Shown: positions 48,686 through 57,429 of the stretch, in pieces
Position numbering within the stretch: the first letter of the stretch is position 1
How the letters are laid out: the number at the start of each line of letters is the position of its first letter
Source of the DNA: Roseivirga sp.
GTDB taxonomy: Bacteria > Bacteroidota > Bacteroidia > Cytophagales > Cyclobacteriaceae
Length of the DNA stretch: 64,000 bases
Assembly: GCA_965660665.1 (NCBI GenBank)
Contig: CBFIAY010000003.1
Span: 161,265-225,264 of the forward strand
Direction: 5' to 3'
Position numbers and translations under genes: made by a program
The notes under the pieces: generated by a model
The model's database searches: none
The model's input: the letters and a program-made list of their open reading frames with translations, nothing else
Told to the model about the DNA's origin: nothing

Positions 48686-50086
48686 TTGGCTAAACCTTCA
48701 GAAATATTAATTAGTAAGTTTCCTTTCGAACCAACGGATGGTCAAAGAGAGCTATTTCATTTGTTCGATGACTTTCTCCTAAATCAAAAATTACGAAAAC
48801 CTGCCCTCGTACTCCGAGGTTATGCAGGTACTGGTAAAACTACTGTGGTTGGAGCCATCGTTAAAATGCTGCCCTTCTTCAATTATAAATATGTGTTGAT
48901 GGCACCAACTGGTCGTGCTGCAAAGGTGATGGCAGGCTACACTAACCGGACCGCATTTACCATCCACAAGAAGATCTTTCAGCAAACTTCAGAACCTGGC
49001 GGAGGCCTTGAATTTAAGCGACAAAGCAATTATCATAAGAACACCTTATTCATTGTCGATGAAGCCTCCATGATCTCCAACCAATCGGATTATGGAAAGA
49101 ATGGGCTACTGACGGATTTAATGGACTATGTTTTCGCGCAAGAAGGAAATAGACTGCTGCTAATTGGTGATGTGGCGCAGTTGCCCCCAGTCGGCTCATT
49201 AGAAAGCCCAGCATTGGAGAGCGATTTCTTGACTCAAACTTTCGGAAACGATGTGAGTGCTTTAGAACTCACCGAGGTAATGCGGCAAGAGGAAGAATCA
49301 GGTATTCTTTTTAATGCTACTAATCTCCGTAAGGAATTACTAAAGGAAGAATTCACGATTAAATTCGCTACCTCTCGCTTCAAAGATGTGTTCAAAATGA
49401 CTGGCGAACGCCTTGAAGACGGCCTTCGTTATGCTTATGATAAGTACGGAACAGAAAACACAGTAATCATCTGTCGTAGTAATAAGAACGCTGTTCAATA
49501 CAATCAATACATCAGGAGAAGTATTCAGTTTAGAGAAGACGAAATTGAGGCGGGTGATATTCTAATGATCGTTAGAAATAATTATCATTTCCTTCCAGAG
49601 AATGCTCCTGCAGGGTTTTTGGCCAATGGAGACTTTGTTGAGGTAATGAAGATTATTCGCTTTGAAGAATATTATGGTTTGCGCTTTGCAGAATTAAGAG
49701 TGCAATTGCTTGATTATCCAGATCAGGAGCCATTCGAGGCAAAGGTGATTTTGGATACGCTATATTCACCAGAAGCGTCTTTGAACAACACGGACTACAA
49801 ACGACTCTATGATGAGGTAAGTGAAGGTTATGCTGATCTATCTACCAAAACTGAACGTAGGAAAGCAATTAAGAATGACCCTCACCTTAATGCCTTGCAA
49901 GTAAAGTTTGCTTATGCCTTGACTTGTCACAAATCTCAAGGGGGGCAATGGGATGCGGTTTTTGTAGATCAAGGATATCTGACAGAAGAAATGGTTGATC
50001 AAGAATATGTGAGGTGGCTCTATACTGCTATAACTCGGGCGTCTAAGGAACTTTTCTTAGTCAATTTCCACTCTAGATTCTATTGA
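48686..50086 (+). CDS. RecD-like ATP-dependent DNA helicase / exonuclease V alpha-like
   Basis: GYAGTGKT, APTGRAA, VDEASM, GDVAQLPPV, YALTCHKSQGGQW, YTAITRA. Confidence 0.9.
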   Translation: MAKPSEILISKFPFEPTDGQRELFHLFDDFLLNQKLRKPALVLRGYAGTGKTTVVGAIVKMLPFFNYKYVLMAPTGRAAKVMAGYTNRTAFTIHKKIFQQTSEPGGGLEFKRQSNYHKNTLFIVDEASMISNQSDYGKNGLLTDLMDYVFAQEGNRLLLIGDVAQLPPVGSLESPALESDFLTQTFGNDVSALELTEVMRQEEESGILFNATNLRKELLKEEFTIKFATSRFKDVFKMTGERLEDGLRYAYDKYGTENTVIICRSNKNAVQYNQYIRRSIQFREDEIEAGDILMIVRNNYHFLPENAPAGFLANGDFVEVMKIIRFEEYYGLRFAELRVQLLDYPDQEPFEAKVILDTLYSPEASLNNTDYKRLYDEVSEGYADLSTKTERRKAIKNDPHLNALQVKFAYALTCHKSQGGQWDAVFVDQGYLTEEMVDQEYVRWLYTAITRASKELFLVNFHSRFY

Positions 50087-50097
50087 TTAAATCTGGT

Positions 50098-50475
50098 TTA
50101 TAGTGTTTTTGAAACACCGAGAATCATAAATATCCATCCTAATATGAAGGCCAGTCCTCCAATGGGAGTAATGGCACCCAGCCAGGTAATGTTTGTCAGG
50201 CTTAAAGTGTACAAAGAACCACTGAAAATCACTATGCCAACTAGAAAGCTTATTCCCGCATAGTTGAAGTAATTACTTTGCACATTCAGCATAAGTATTC
50301 CCAAAAGGATCAATGCAAAGGTGTGATAGAACTGATACTTTACTGCAGTTTCAAATGTATCCATCCGAGCGTTTGCAGTTAAGGTTGCCTCTAGACCATG
50401 TGCCCCGAACGCACCAATACCTACTGAAAGTACACCAAGAATTCCACCAAAGATCAGAATAGTTTTTGCGGTCAT
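50098..50475 (-). CDS. DUF423 (YgdD/TMEM256) membrane protein
   Basis: GAFGAHGL, ETAVKYQFYH, FSGSLY, GAITPIGG; ATG at 50475. Confidence 0.9.
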   Translation of the reverse strand: MTAKTILIFGGILGVLSVGIGAFGAHGLEATLTANARMDTFETAVKYQFYHTFALILLGILMLNVQSNYFNYAGISFLVGIVIFSGSLYTLSLTNITWLGAITPIGGLAFILGWIFMILGVSKTL

Positions 50476-50479
50476 GTTA

Positions 50480-51160
50480 TTATTGTTGAGGGTAATTACG
50501 AGCACCAAATATGGCACTTCCAATTCTCACCATTGTACTGCCAGCTTCACAGGCTTCTTTATAGTCACCAGTCATACCCATTGAAAGCTCCTGCATTTCT
50601 ACATTCTTCAGATCGAAATTGTTTTTAATCTGATCGAACAAGGTTTTTAAATGGTTGAATTCTTTGCTGACTTGTGCTTTGTTATCTGTGTTAGTCGCCA
50701 TGCCCATGAGGCCAAGAATCTTTATGTTATTGTATTCAGATAACGTATCGCTTTTAAGAAACTCTAAAAGCTCGTCTTCGTCAAAACCGAATTTCGTCTC
50801 TTCTTCCGCAATGTGAATTTGCAGTAAACACGAGATGACGCGATTATTTTTCAATGCCTGCTTATTAATTTCTGCTAGAAGACGAGGGCTGTCTACGGCA
50901 TGAATTAAGTACACAAAGGGGGCGATGAGTTTTACCTTGTTTCTTTGTAGATGCCCAATCATATGCCATTTGATGTCTTTAGGCAAGGTTTCAAACTTCG
51001 TGCTTAGCTCTTGCGCCTTGTTTTCACCAAAGTCTCTTTGCCCACCTTTATAAGCCTGCAATAAATCTTCAACAGGTTTAGTCTTGCTCACAGCGATGAG
51101 TTGCGTCTTGTAAGGAGCAAGTTGCTCATTGTAGTGGTTAATCTTGTTTACAATTGACAT
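50480..51160 (-). CDS. yggS: PLP homeostasis protein
   Basis: LIAVSKTK, FGENKAQE, WHMIGHLQRNK, LSMGMTGD, VRIGSAIFG. Confidence 0.95.
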   Translation of the reverse strand: MSIVNKINHYNEQLAPYKTQLIAVSKTKPVEDLLQAYKGGQRDFGENKAQELSTKFETLPKDIKWHMIGHLQRNKVKLIAPFVYLIHAVDSPRLLAEINKQALKNNRVISCLLQIHIAEEETKFGFDEDELLEFLKSDTLSEYNNIKILGLMGMATNTDNKAQVSKEFNHLKTLFDQIKNNFDLKNVEMQELSMGMTGDYKEACEAGSTMVRIGSAIFGARNYPQQ

Positions 51161-51278
51161 ATTGCAGGAATACTATCGAGTTTAGATTTATATTATCTTT
51201 GATCAAATGATCTGTCGGTCAAAGTTAGTAGATTTTAGTCACTAACGTTAGGTCATTTTTTAGAGAAGACAACAACGA

Positions 51279-52823
51279 ATGCCTATAATTGGATCAATTT
51301 TAAAGAAAGGTATTAAGCTCCGCGAAACGTTGGAGCAAGATTTTACCTCACCATATGATTTGCAGAAGAAGGAGTTGTCAAAACTCTTAATTAGTGCAAG
51401 GAACACTCAATTCGGTAGAACATACGACTTCCACACAGTGCTGGAGCAATTCAGAAGTTTCGGACAGCATGATTTCTTTGAAAAATTTAAAGAACTCGTC
51501 CCGGTTTGTGACTATGATAAAATGGACCATGAATGGTGGCATAAGATGAGGGATGGTGAAGCTGATGTCAGCTGGCCAGGTAAAACCAAGTTCTTTGCCC
51601 TCAGTTCAGGTACCTCTGGTTCTGCTTCCAAGTATATTCCTGTTACGAAGGATATGATCCGACAGATCAGGAAGACCGGAACGAGGCACATGTACACCCT
51701 GTCTAAATACGATTTCCCCGATAAGTTTTTTCAATCAGGTATGCTGATGCTGGGCGGAAGTACAGCGTTAAACTTCTCAGGCAACTACTATTATGGAGAC
51801 TTAAGTGGGATAACGACTGGCCAATTACCACTTTGGGTACAAGGTTTTTCTCGACCTACACCTAAAATAAAAAAGCATAAGGATTGGGAAATGAAATTGG
51901 AAGAAATTGTTGAGTCAGCACCGAAATGGAATATCGGTATGATAGTAGGCGTTCCTGCCTGGATGACGATACTTCTTGAGCGAATAATTGAACGATATGG
52001 AGTAAAAAACATTCATGAGATTTGGCCAAACCTAGGGTCATTCGTACATGGGGGAGTGGCTTTCGAGCCTTATAGACATAGCTTCGATAAATTATTAGGC
52101 AAACCAATTCATTACATAGAAACATATCTGGCTTCAGAAGGCTTCATTGCGTTTCAGGACTCGCCGGAGAAACGTGGAATGCGCATGATGCTAAATGGTG
52201 GCATCTTCTACGAGTTTGTCCCATTCAATGAAGAAAACTTTGATCAGGATGGGCAGATAGTCGATAACCCTGAAACGCTCATGATTGATCAAGTGGAAGA
52301 AGGTAAAGATTATGCACTACTGATTTCGACTTGCTCAGGAGCTTGGCGATATCTCATTGGCGATACCGTTAGGTTCTTAGACAAGCATAGCTCTGAAATT
52401 ATTATCACTGGTAGGACTAAGCACTTCTTAAGTCTTTGTGGAGAGCATCTGTCTGTCGATAATATGAATCGAGCCATAGAACAGACTTCTGATGAATTCA
52501 ATATTGGGGTAAAGGAGTTTACTGTAGCCGGTGTACCTGATGGCAAACTGTTCTCACATCATTGGTTTGTGGGTACTGATGATCCTGTTGATGCCGAAGC
52601 CTTAAAAGAAAGAATTGACGATTGCTTGAATGAACTCAATGATGATTATGCCGTAGAGCGTAAGCATGCGTTGAAAAATATTAAACTCGATGTGTTGCCT
52701 ACCGAAGTCTTCTACGATTGGTTAAGATCTCAAGGCAAAGAAGGCGGGCAAACAAAATTTCCACGCGTGTTAAAGAAAGAGAAACTTGAAAGCTGGCTCA
52801 CCTTTGTTGGTAGTAAAGCCTAA
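51279..52823 (+). CDS. GH3 family acyl-adenylate/amido synthetase
   Basis: SSGTSG, YLASEG, WRYLIGD, GGQTKFPR. Confidence 0.9.
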   Translation: MPIIGSILKKGIKLRETLEQDFTSPYDLQKKELSKLLISARNTQFGRTYDFHTVLEQFRSFGQHDFFEKFKELVPVCDYDKMDHEWWHKMRDGEADVSWPGKTKFFALSSGTSGSASKYIPVTKDMIRQIRKTGTRHMYTLSKYDFPDKFFQSGMLMLGGSTALNFSGNYYYGDLSGITTGQLPLWVQGFSRPTPKIKKHKDWEMKLEEIVESAPKWNIGMIVGVPAWMTILLERIIERYGVKNIHEIWPNLGSFVHGGVAFEPYRHSFDKLLGKPIHYIETYLASEGFIAFQDSPEKRGMRMMLNGGIFYEFVPFNEENFDQDGQIVDNPETLMIDQVEEGKDYALLISTCSGAWRYLIGDTVRFLDKHSSEIIITGRTKHFLSLCGEHLSVDNMNRAIEQTSDEFNIGVKEFTVAGVPDGKLFSHHWFVGTDDPVDAEALKERIDDCLNELNDDYAVERKHALKNIKLDVLPTEVFYDWLRSQGKEGGQTKFPRVLKKEKLESWLTFVGSKA

Positions 52824-52828
52824 TCTGC

Positions 52829-53464
52829 ATGGATGTCATCATTAACGGATTGTTATTTGGGTTGCTACTGTGTGTCTTGATTGGCCCAGTATTCTTTGCA
52901 TTGATACAAAATGCAATTGAGAAGGGATTTTTCTCGGGTTTCTTTATGGCAGTAGGTATCGCACTGAGTGATACCATCTATATTCTCATTACTTATCTGG
53001 GTATTTCACAATTAGTCGATAATCCATCTTTCAATATGTGGCTTGGTGGTGTAGGTGGAGGAATCATGCTAATTTTTGGAATTACTTATATGCTTAAGCC
53101 AGTGCCTAAAAAGGGAGTCAAGCAGCTGCATGCTAAACAGACAAAATGGTTTCAACAGATAATGAAAGGCTTTTTCTTGAATGGAATTAATCCTTTTGTG
53201 CTGATCTTTTGGATTGGCATAGTAAGTAAAATCACGGTTGATTTTCAGTATAATACAAACCAAGCCATTACTTTCTTTGTGGTACTGATTGCAACAGTAT
53301 TTTCTGCAGATATCCTTAAATCCTACTTTGCTGTGAAACTGAGTGAGATTGTTACGCCACGTTTTATGAAGATTATGAATAGGGTAGTGGGCGTGGCTTT
53401 AGTGCTCTTTAGCCTTCGCCTATTCAATTTTGTACTCGTAGGTTTTGGGATTGATTTGTTTTAG
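52829..53464 (+). CDS. LysE family translocator
   Basis: IGPVFFAL, GIALSD, KGFFLNGINP; 6 TM. Confidence 0.88.
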   Translation: MDVIINGLLFGLLLCVLIGPVFFALIQNAIEKGFFSGFFMAVGIALSDTIYILITYLGISQLVDNPSFNMWLGGVGGGIMLIFGITYMLKPVPKKGVKQLHAKQTKWFQQIMKGFFLNGINPFVLIFWIGIVSKITVDFQYNTNQAITFFVVLIATVFSADILKSYFAVKLSEIVTPRFMKIMNRVVGVALVLFSLRLFNFVLVGFGIDLF

Positions 53465-53522
53465 ATTCAGTTTTCTAAACCCTTCATTCAAATCTCAGTT
53501 ATCCTTCTATTAACCTCATGCT

Positions 53523-54119
53523 ATGAAGAAGTATCTATTCATCATTTTTATCTTAGCGATCTTTAGTTGGGATGCAGTTGCGCAAAGCGCAGATCTCATA
53601 TCTTTCAACACCGAAAGGCTTCAAGTCAACAAAGTAGGGATGATTGTCTTGGGTAGTTGGGCGCTAGGCAATATGGCAACAAATGGAGTCTTGTTGAGCA
53701 ATCCTTCGTCAAATGAGCAAGCACATTTTTATCGAATGAATATCTTTTGGAATGTGGTCAACTTGGGGCTAGCTATTCCGGGACTTAGGCACTCTATCAT
53801 CACCGATCCAGAATCACTTTCTTTGGCGCAAACCGTGGCTGAGTATGGCTCTATGAAAAGAATTGTACTGATGAATGCAGCGCTTGATGTAGCCTATATC
53901 ACGGGTGGTGTCTTAATGAAGGAAATGGCTAAGACCAGAGAAAACAAAAGAGATATCCTTCGAGGCTATGGCAAATCATTAGTCCTGCAAGGAGGGTTCT
54001 TATTGGCCTTTGACGCAGTGCTTTATATGGCGCTTGAATCTAAGAGCAAAGGTTTGACAAGCATCCTTGAAAAGGTGTCGATCACTCCAGAAAGTATTGG
54101 CTTAGTTTTTAAGTTCTAA
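53523..54119 (+). CDS. Exported hypothetical protein (DUF6992-like)
   Basis: Signal peptide; GMIVLGSWALGN, MNIFWNVVN, LDVAYI; family name from recall. Confidence 0.6.
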   Translation: MKKYLFIIFILAIFSWDAVAQSADLISFNTERLQVNKVGMIVLGSWALGNMATNGVLLSNPSSNEQAHFYRMNIFWNVVNLGLAIPGLRHSIITDPESLSLAQTVAEYGSMKRIVLMNAALDVAYITGGVLMKEMAKTRENKRDILRGYGKSLVLQGGFLLAFDAVLYMALESKSKGLTSILEKVSITPESIGLVFKF

Positions 54120-55165
54120 TCTTCCAGCACATTGCTAATGAAGGTGCTTTTGGATAGGAGATAGAGCAAGAAAAACACGATTCCCCAACTCAGGTAGATA
54201 GTGTAGAAGTCAGTAGTATTCTTGTAACGGGTTTCCTTGATCTCCGCTTTCTCATATTCATCAATTAGTTTGAATACGCTGGCTAAGGCTTGGTTATCAG
54301 ACACGCGATAGAACTCGCCATTGCCGATTTGGGCAATCTCTCTCAATGTGGTTTCATCCAATGTATTCTCAACATAGTTTGGGCGACCAAAGAAGTCTTT
54401 TCCAAAAGGAACTTTACCCTCTTTGCCAATACCAATCGTGTAGATCTTAATGTCAAATGCTGAAGCCAATTCTGCTGCCGTCACAGGGTCGATATTTCCT
54501 GCAGTATTATCTCCGTCAGAAATCAATATCATCACCTTAGAAGCCGCTGTAGACTCTCGCATTCTGTTGGTGCCAACAGCGATGGCACTACCGATGGCTG
54601 TACCACGGTTTTCAATTTTATTAAAGTCAATCTCTTCTTCGATGAACTTATAGAGCAGTTCGTAGTCGGTGGTCAAAGGAGAAAGTGAATAGGCGTCTCC
54701 AGAGAAGATGACCAATCCAATACGATCTTGGCTTCGGCCCCCGATGAAATCGCGTGCTGTTCTTTTTGCAGCCTCTAGACGGTTTGGCTTAAAGTCTTCT
54801 ATTTGCATGGACTCAGAGATATCAATCACCAACGCGATATCAATACCTTCTGACCATTGTTCCACTTCTTCATTCGTTCTTTGCGGACGCGCCAAGGCAA
54901 CTAATAGTAGCATGAGTGATAATGCCATGAGTGCGTTTGGTATGACTCTTAGGTAACTAGCCCAATGCTTTTTGATTTCTTTTTTCGGTAGGGCTACAGA
55001 TAGTTTCTGTTTGATTTTGCTTCCGATCAACCACTTTAGAATAAACAGTAGTAAGACAATCGGGATAGCGTAGAGTACAAAGAAGAACTCCCAGTCAAAA
55101 GACTTGAAAGTTGTAGGGGTAAACCATTCCAGCGAATACCATTTGTATAGTGTTTCGTCAAGCAT
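54116..55165 (-). CDS. VWA domain protein (BatA-like)
   Basis: LARP, MIDAS DISESM, TAIG, ISDG, DETTLREIA. Confidence 0.9.
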   Translation of the reverse strand: MLDETLYKWYSLEWFTPTTFKSFDWEFFFVLYAIPIVLLLFILKWLIGSKIKQKLSVALPKKEIKKHWASYLRVIPNALMALSLMLLLVALARPQRTNEEVEQWSEGIDIALVIDISESMQIEDFKPNRLEAAKRTARDFIGGRSQDRIGLVIFSGDAYSLSPLTTDYELLYKFIEEEIDFNKIENRGTAIGSAIAVGTNRMRESTAASKVMILISDGDNTAGNIDPVTAAELASAFDIKIYTIGIGKEGKVPFGKDFFGRPNYVENTLDETTLREIAQIGNGEFYRVSDNQALASVFKLIDEYEKAEIKETRYKNTTDFYTIYLSWGIVFFLLYLLSKSTFISNVLED

Positions 55166-56051
55166 TCTTTATCACCTCCGTTACATGATTGTATCTATCC
55201 TCTGAGTAATCTTTCAAAAACTCGAAGTCATTTTGTAAAGCTGTGACTTCTATTGGACTGTAAATGTTTTTATCAATTGACTTTAAAGTCTCTTCTAATG
55301 AAGTGCTTTTCTGTACTAAAACGATTTCTTTCGTGGTGAGTTTGGTATACGGTATTTTCTCAAGTCTTTCCATATAACCTTTCCAGAACTTAAGAACCGA
55401 CTCAATTTTCAATTTAGTAGTGTCAGCATTTAACTGCTCAATTTCAATGTCAAATTGCTCCTTGAATTTTATCAGCTGCTTATTCAGTCTATAGAGCTTA
55501 ATACGTTTCTGAATTTGATTACCCCAAACCAGCATCACGATCAAGGCCACGATGCCTAAAATAATCAATCCAATCACCCAGTAGGGATAGTTAAACTGTA
55601 ATGAAACGGGCATATAAGCCGATGTCTCAGCAAGACTCACAGAGTCAGGCATCTGAGTGACCACCTGATCTAACGTAATGGAATCCATCAAACTGTATAG
55701 TTCTAGGCTGTCATTTCCAATGAAAAGGAATATCGGTAAACTGAGCCTTTGCACCGTATCAATTTCAAAAGTGGCCAAATAATAAACGGCACTATCAATA
55801 CTGTTGATGTCATCAGACTGGGTGTCGAAATACTCTTTTTTTAAGAGCTCAAATGGCGAGAAGTTAAAGAGCGAGTCGGGAAAAATAACTGGCCTATTCT
55901 TGCGATCCTTGTAACTCAAGGAGTAAGGAACAGACTCACCAATTTTCACACTGTCTTTCAGAAAAAAACCAATAGGTTTAAGTTCCTGCGCTGAGGCACT
56001 GCCAATGATAAAAACCGATAAAATCAGAGATGCTAGTAACTTTCTAATCAC
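55158..56051 (-). CDS. Membrane protein of the DUF58-BatA cluster
   Basis: Signal peptide, DSVKIGE, single TM, TTKEI; overlaps both neighbours. Confidence 0.7.
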   Translation of the reverse strand: MIRKLLASLILSVFIIGSASAQELKPIGFFLKDSVKIGESVPYSLSYKDRKNRPVIFPDSLFNFSPFELLKKEYFDTQSDDINSIDSAVYYLATFEIDTVQRLSLPIFLFIGNDSLELYSLMDSITLDQVVTQMPDSVSLAETSAYMPVSLQFNYPYWVIGLIILGIVALIVMLVWGNQIQKRIKLYRLNKQLIKFKEQFDIEIEQLNADTTKLKIESVLKFWKGYMERLEKIPYTKLTTKEIVLVQKSTSLEETLKSIDKNIYSPIEVTALQNDFEFLKDYSEDRYNHVTEVIKNA

Positions 56052-56922
56052 GTTTCATCGTTTTATTCCTGATCATAAAAAGTTTAATAAGCCTCGGTAC
56101 ATAATTGTCCTTGGTATTCACTTCGAGATAGTTGATTTGGTGCTTTCGACAGAACTGTTCAAGTTCTCCTTGATTCACCGTATATGTCTTCTCTAGTTTT
56201 TTTCTAAAGTCCTTTGAAGAAGTATTTACCCAAACTGTTTGACGACTCTCTTTATCATAAACAGGTACAATGCCCAAGTTAGGAAGTTGGGTTTCTCGGT
56301 CATCTTTTAGATGAATGACCACAAGGTCATGTCTTCTGGCAAGTAGCCTTAAACTTTGCTCATATCCTTCATCAATGAAATCAGAGATTAGGATCATCAC
56401 ACTCTTCTTATGAATGATTTCTAGTGCTCGCTTGATGCCTTCGCTGATATCTGTCTTAGTAGACTTTGGAACGTGGTTGTATAACTGATGGATGATGGCA
56501 TAGCCATGCTTATTGCCTTTCCCTGATTTTACATACTTCTCTTTTTGGTCAGTAAAAGTAAGTAAGCCTACTCGGTTCTGTTGTTTAACAGCAGCAAGGG
56601 TAAGCACTCCTGTAATCTCCTTACCGATATCTACTTTTTGGGCTCCTGGCGTTCCGATTTCTTGTGAAGCACTTACATCTAGCAGGAAGAAAACAGTTTG
56701 TTCTTTTTCTTCTTTGAAAGTTTTAACGAACGTACCATGACCTTTGGCAGAGACATTCCAGTCGATGCTTCTGGTGTCATCACCATATTGGTATTCCCGC
56801 ACTCCGTCAAACTCCATACCCGAGCCCTTGAATATAGAATGGAAATCACCCTGCATTCTTGAATTGATGGCTTTTCTGATCTGAATTTCGTACTTCCGAA
56901 GTTTGGAAATAATATGCTCCAT
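56044..56922 (-). CDS. DUF58 domain protein
   Basis: KGSGMEFDGVREYQYGDD, IDWNVSA, DVSAS, LISDF. Confidence 0.92.
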   Translation of the reverse strand: MEHIISKLRKYEIQIRKAINSRMQGDFHSIFKGSGMEFDGVREYQYGDDTRSIDWNVSAKGHGTFVKTFKEEKEQTVFFLLDVSASQEIGTPGAQKVDIGKEITGVLTLAAVKQQNRVGLLTFTDQKEKYVKSGKGNKHGYAIIHQLYNHVPKSTKTDISEGIKRALEIIHKKSVMILISDFIDEGYEQSLRLLARRHDLVVIHLKDDRETQLPNLGIVPVYDKESRQTVWVNTSSKDFRKKLEKTYTVNQGELEQFCRKHQINYLEVNTKDNYVPRLIKLFMIRNKTMKRD

Positions 56923-57072
56923 AATGAATGGTCAAAAATATGACTTATTTGAGTTCTGGAAAGTCCTTTAGTTCTTAATTTTGGTTAATTCTGCGGATTT
57001 CCTCCGCCATATCCTTTATTTTTGCTTAGCGTATGAACAAAGTGTTCGCAAAATTAACTTGGACGTACTAAG

Positions 57073-57429
57073 GTGAAAAAGGTTTTTTTATTTACGGTTG
57101 CTTTAATTGTTTTCTCCTGCGGAGGAAAAGAGGAGATTCCTGAGGATATTTTGAGCGAAGCTCAAATGGTGGACCTTTTGATAGATATTAGGATAGCAGA
57201 AGGCAAAGTGTCCAACTTAACCTTGAGTACTGATTCATCAACGATTTTATTTAAGGTATTAGAAGATCAGATTTTCGCTGAACGGAAAATAGATTCTAGC
57301 AACTATATGGCTAGCTATAACTACTACTTACTCAACCCAGATAAATTCTTACGCATTACAGATATCGTCATCGATAGTTTGAAAGTAAGACAACAGATTC
57401 AGACCACAGGAAGAAGGCCTACCAATTAA
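57073..57429 (+). CDS. DUF4296 family lipoprotein
   Basis: GTG start; lipobox VFSC; ILSEAQMVDLL, SYNYY. Confidence 0.8.
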   Translation: MKKVFLFTVALIVFSCGGKEEIPEDILSEAQMVDLLIDIRIAEGKVSNLTLSTDSSTILFKVLEDQIFAERKIDSSNYMASYNYYLLNPDKFLRITDIVIDSLKVRQQIQTTGRRPTN

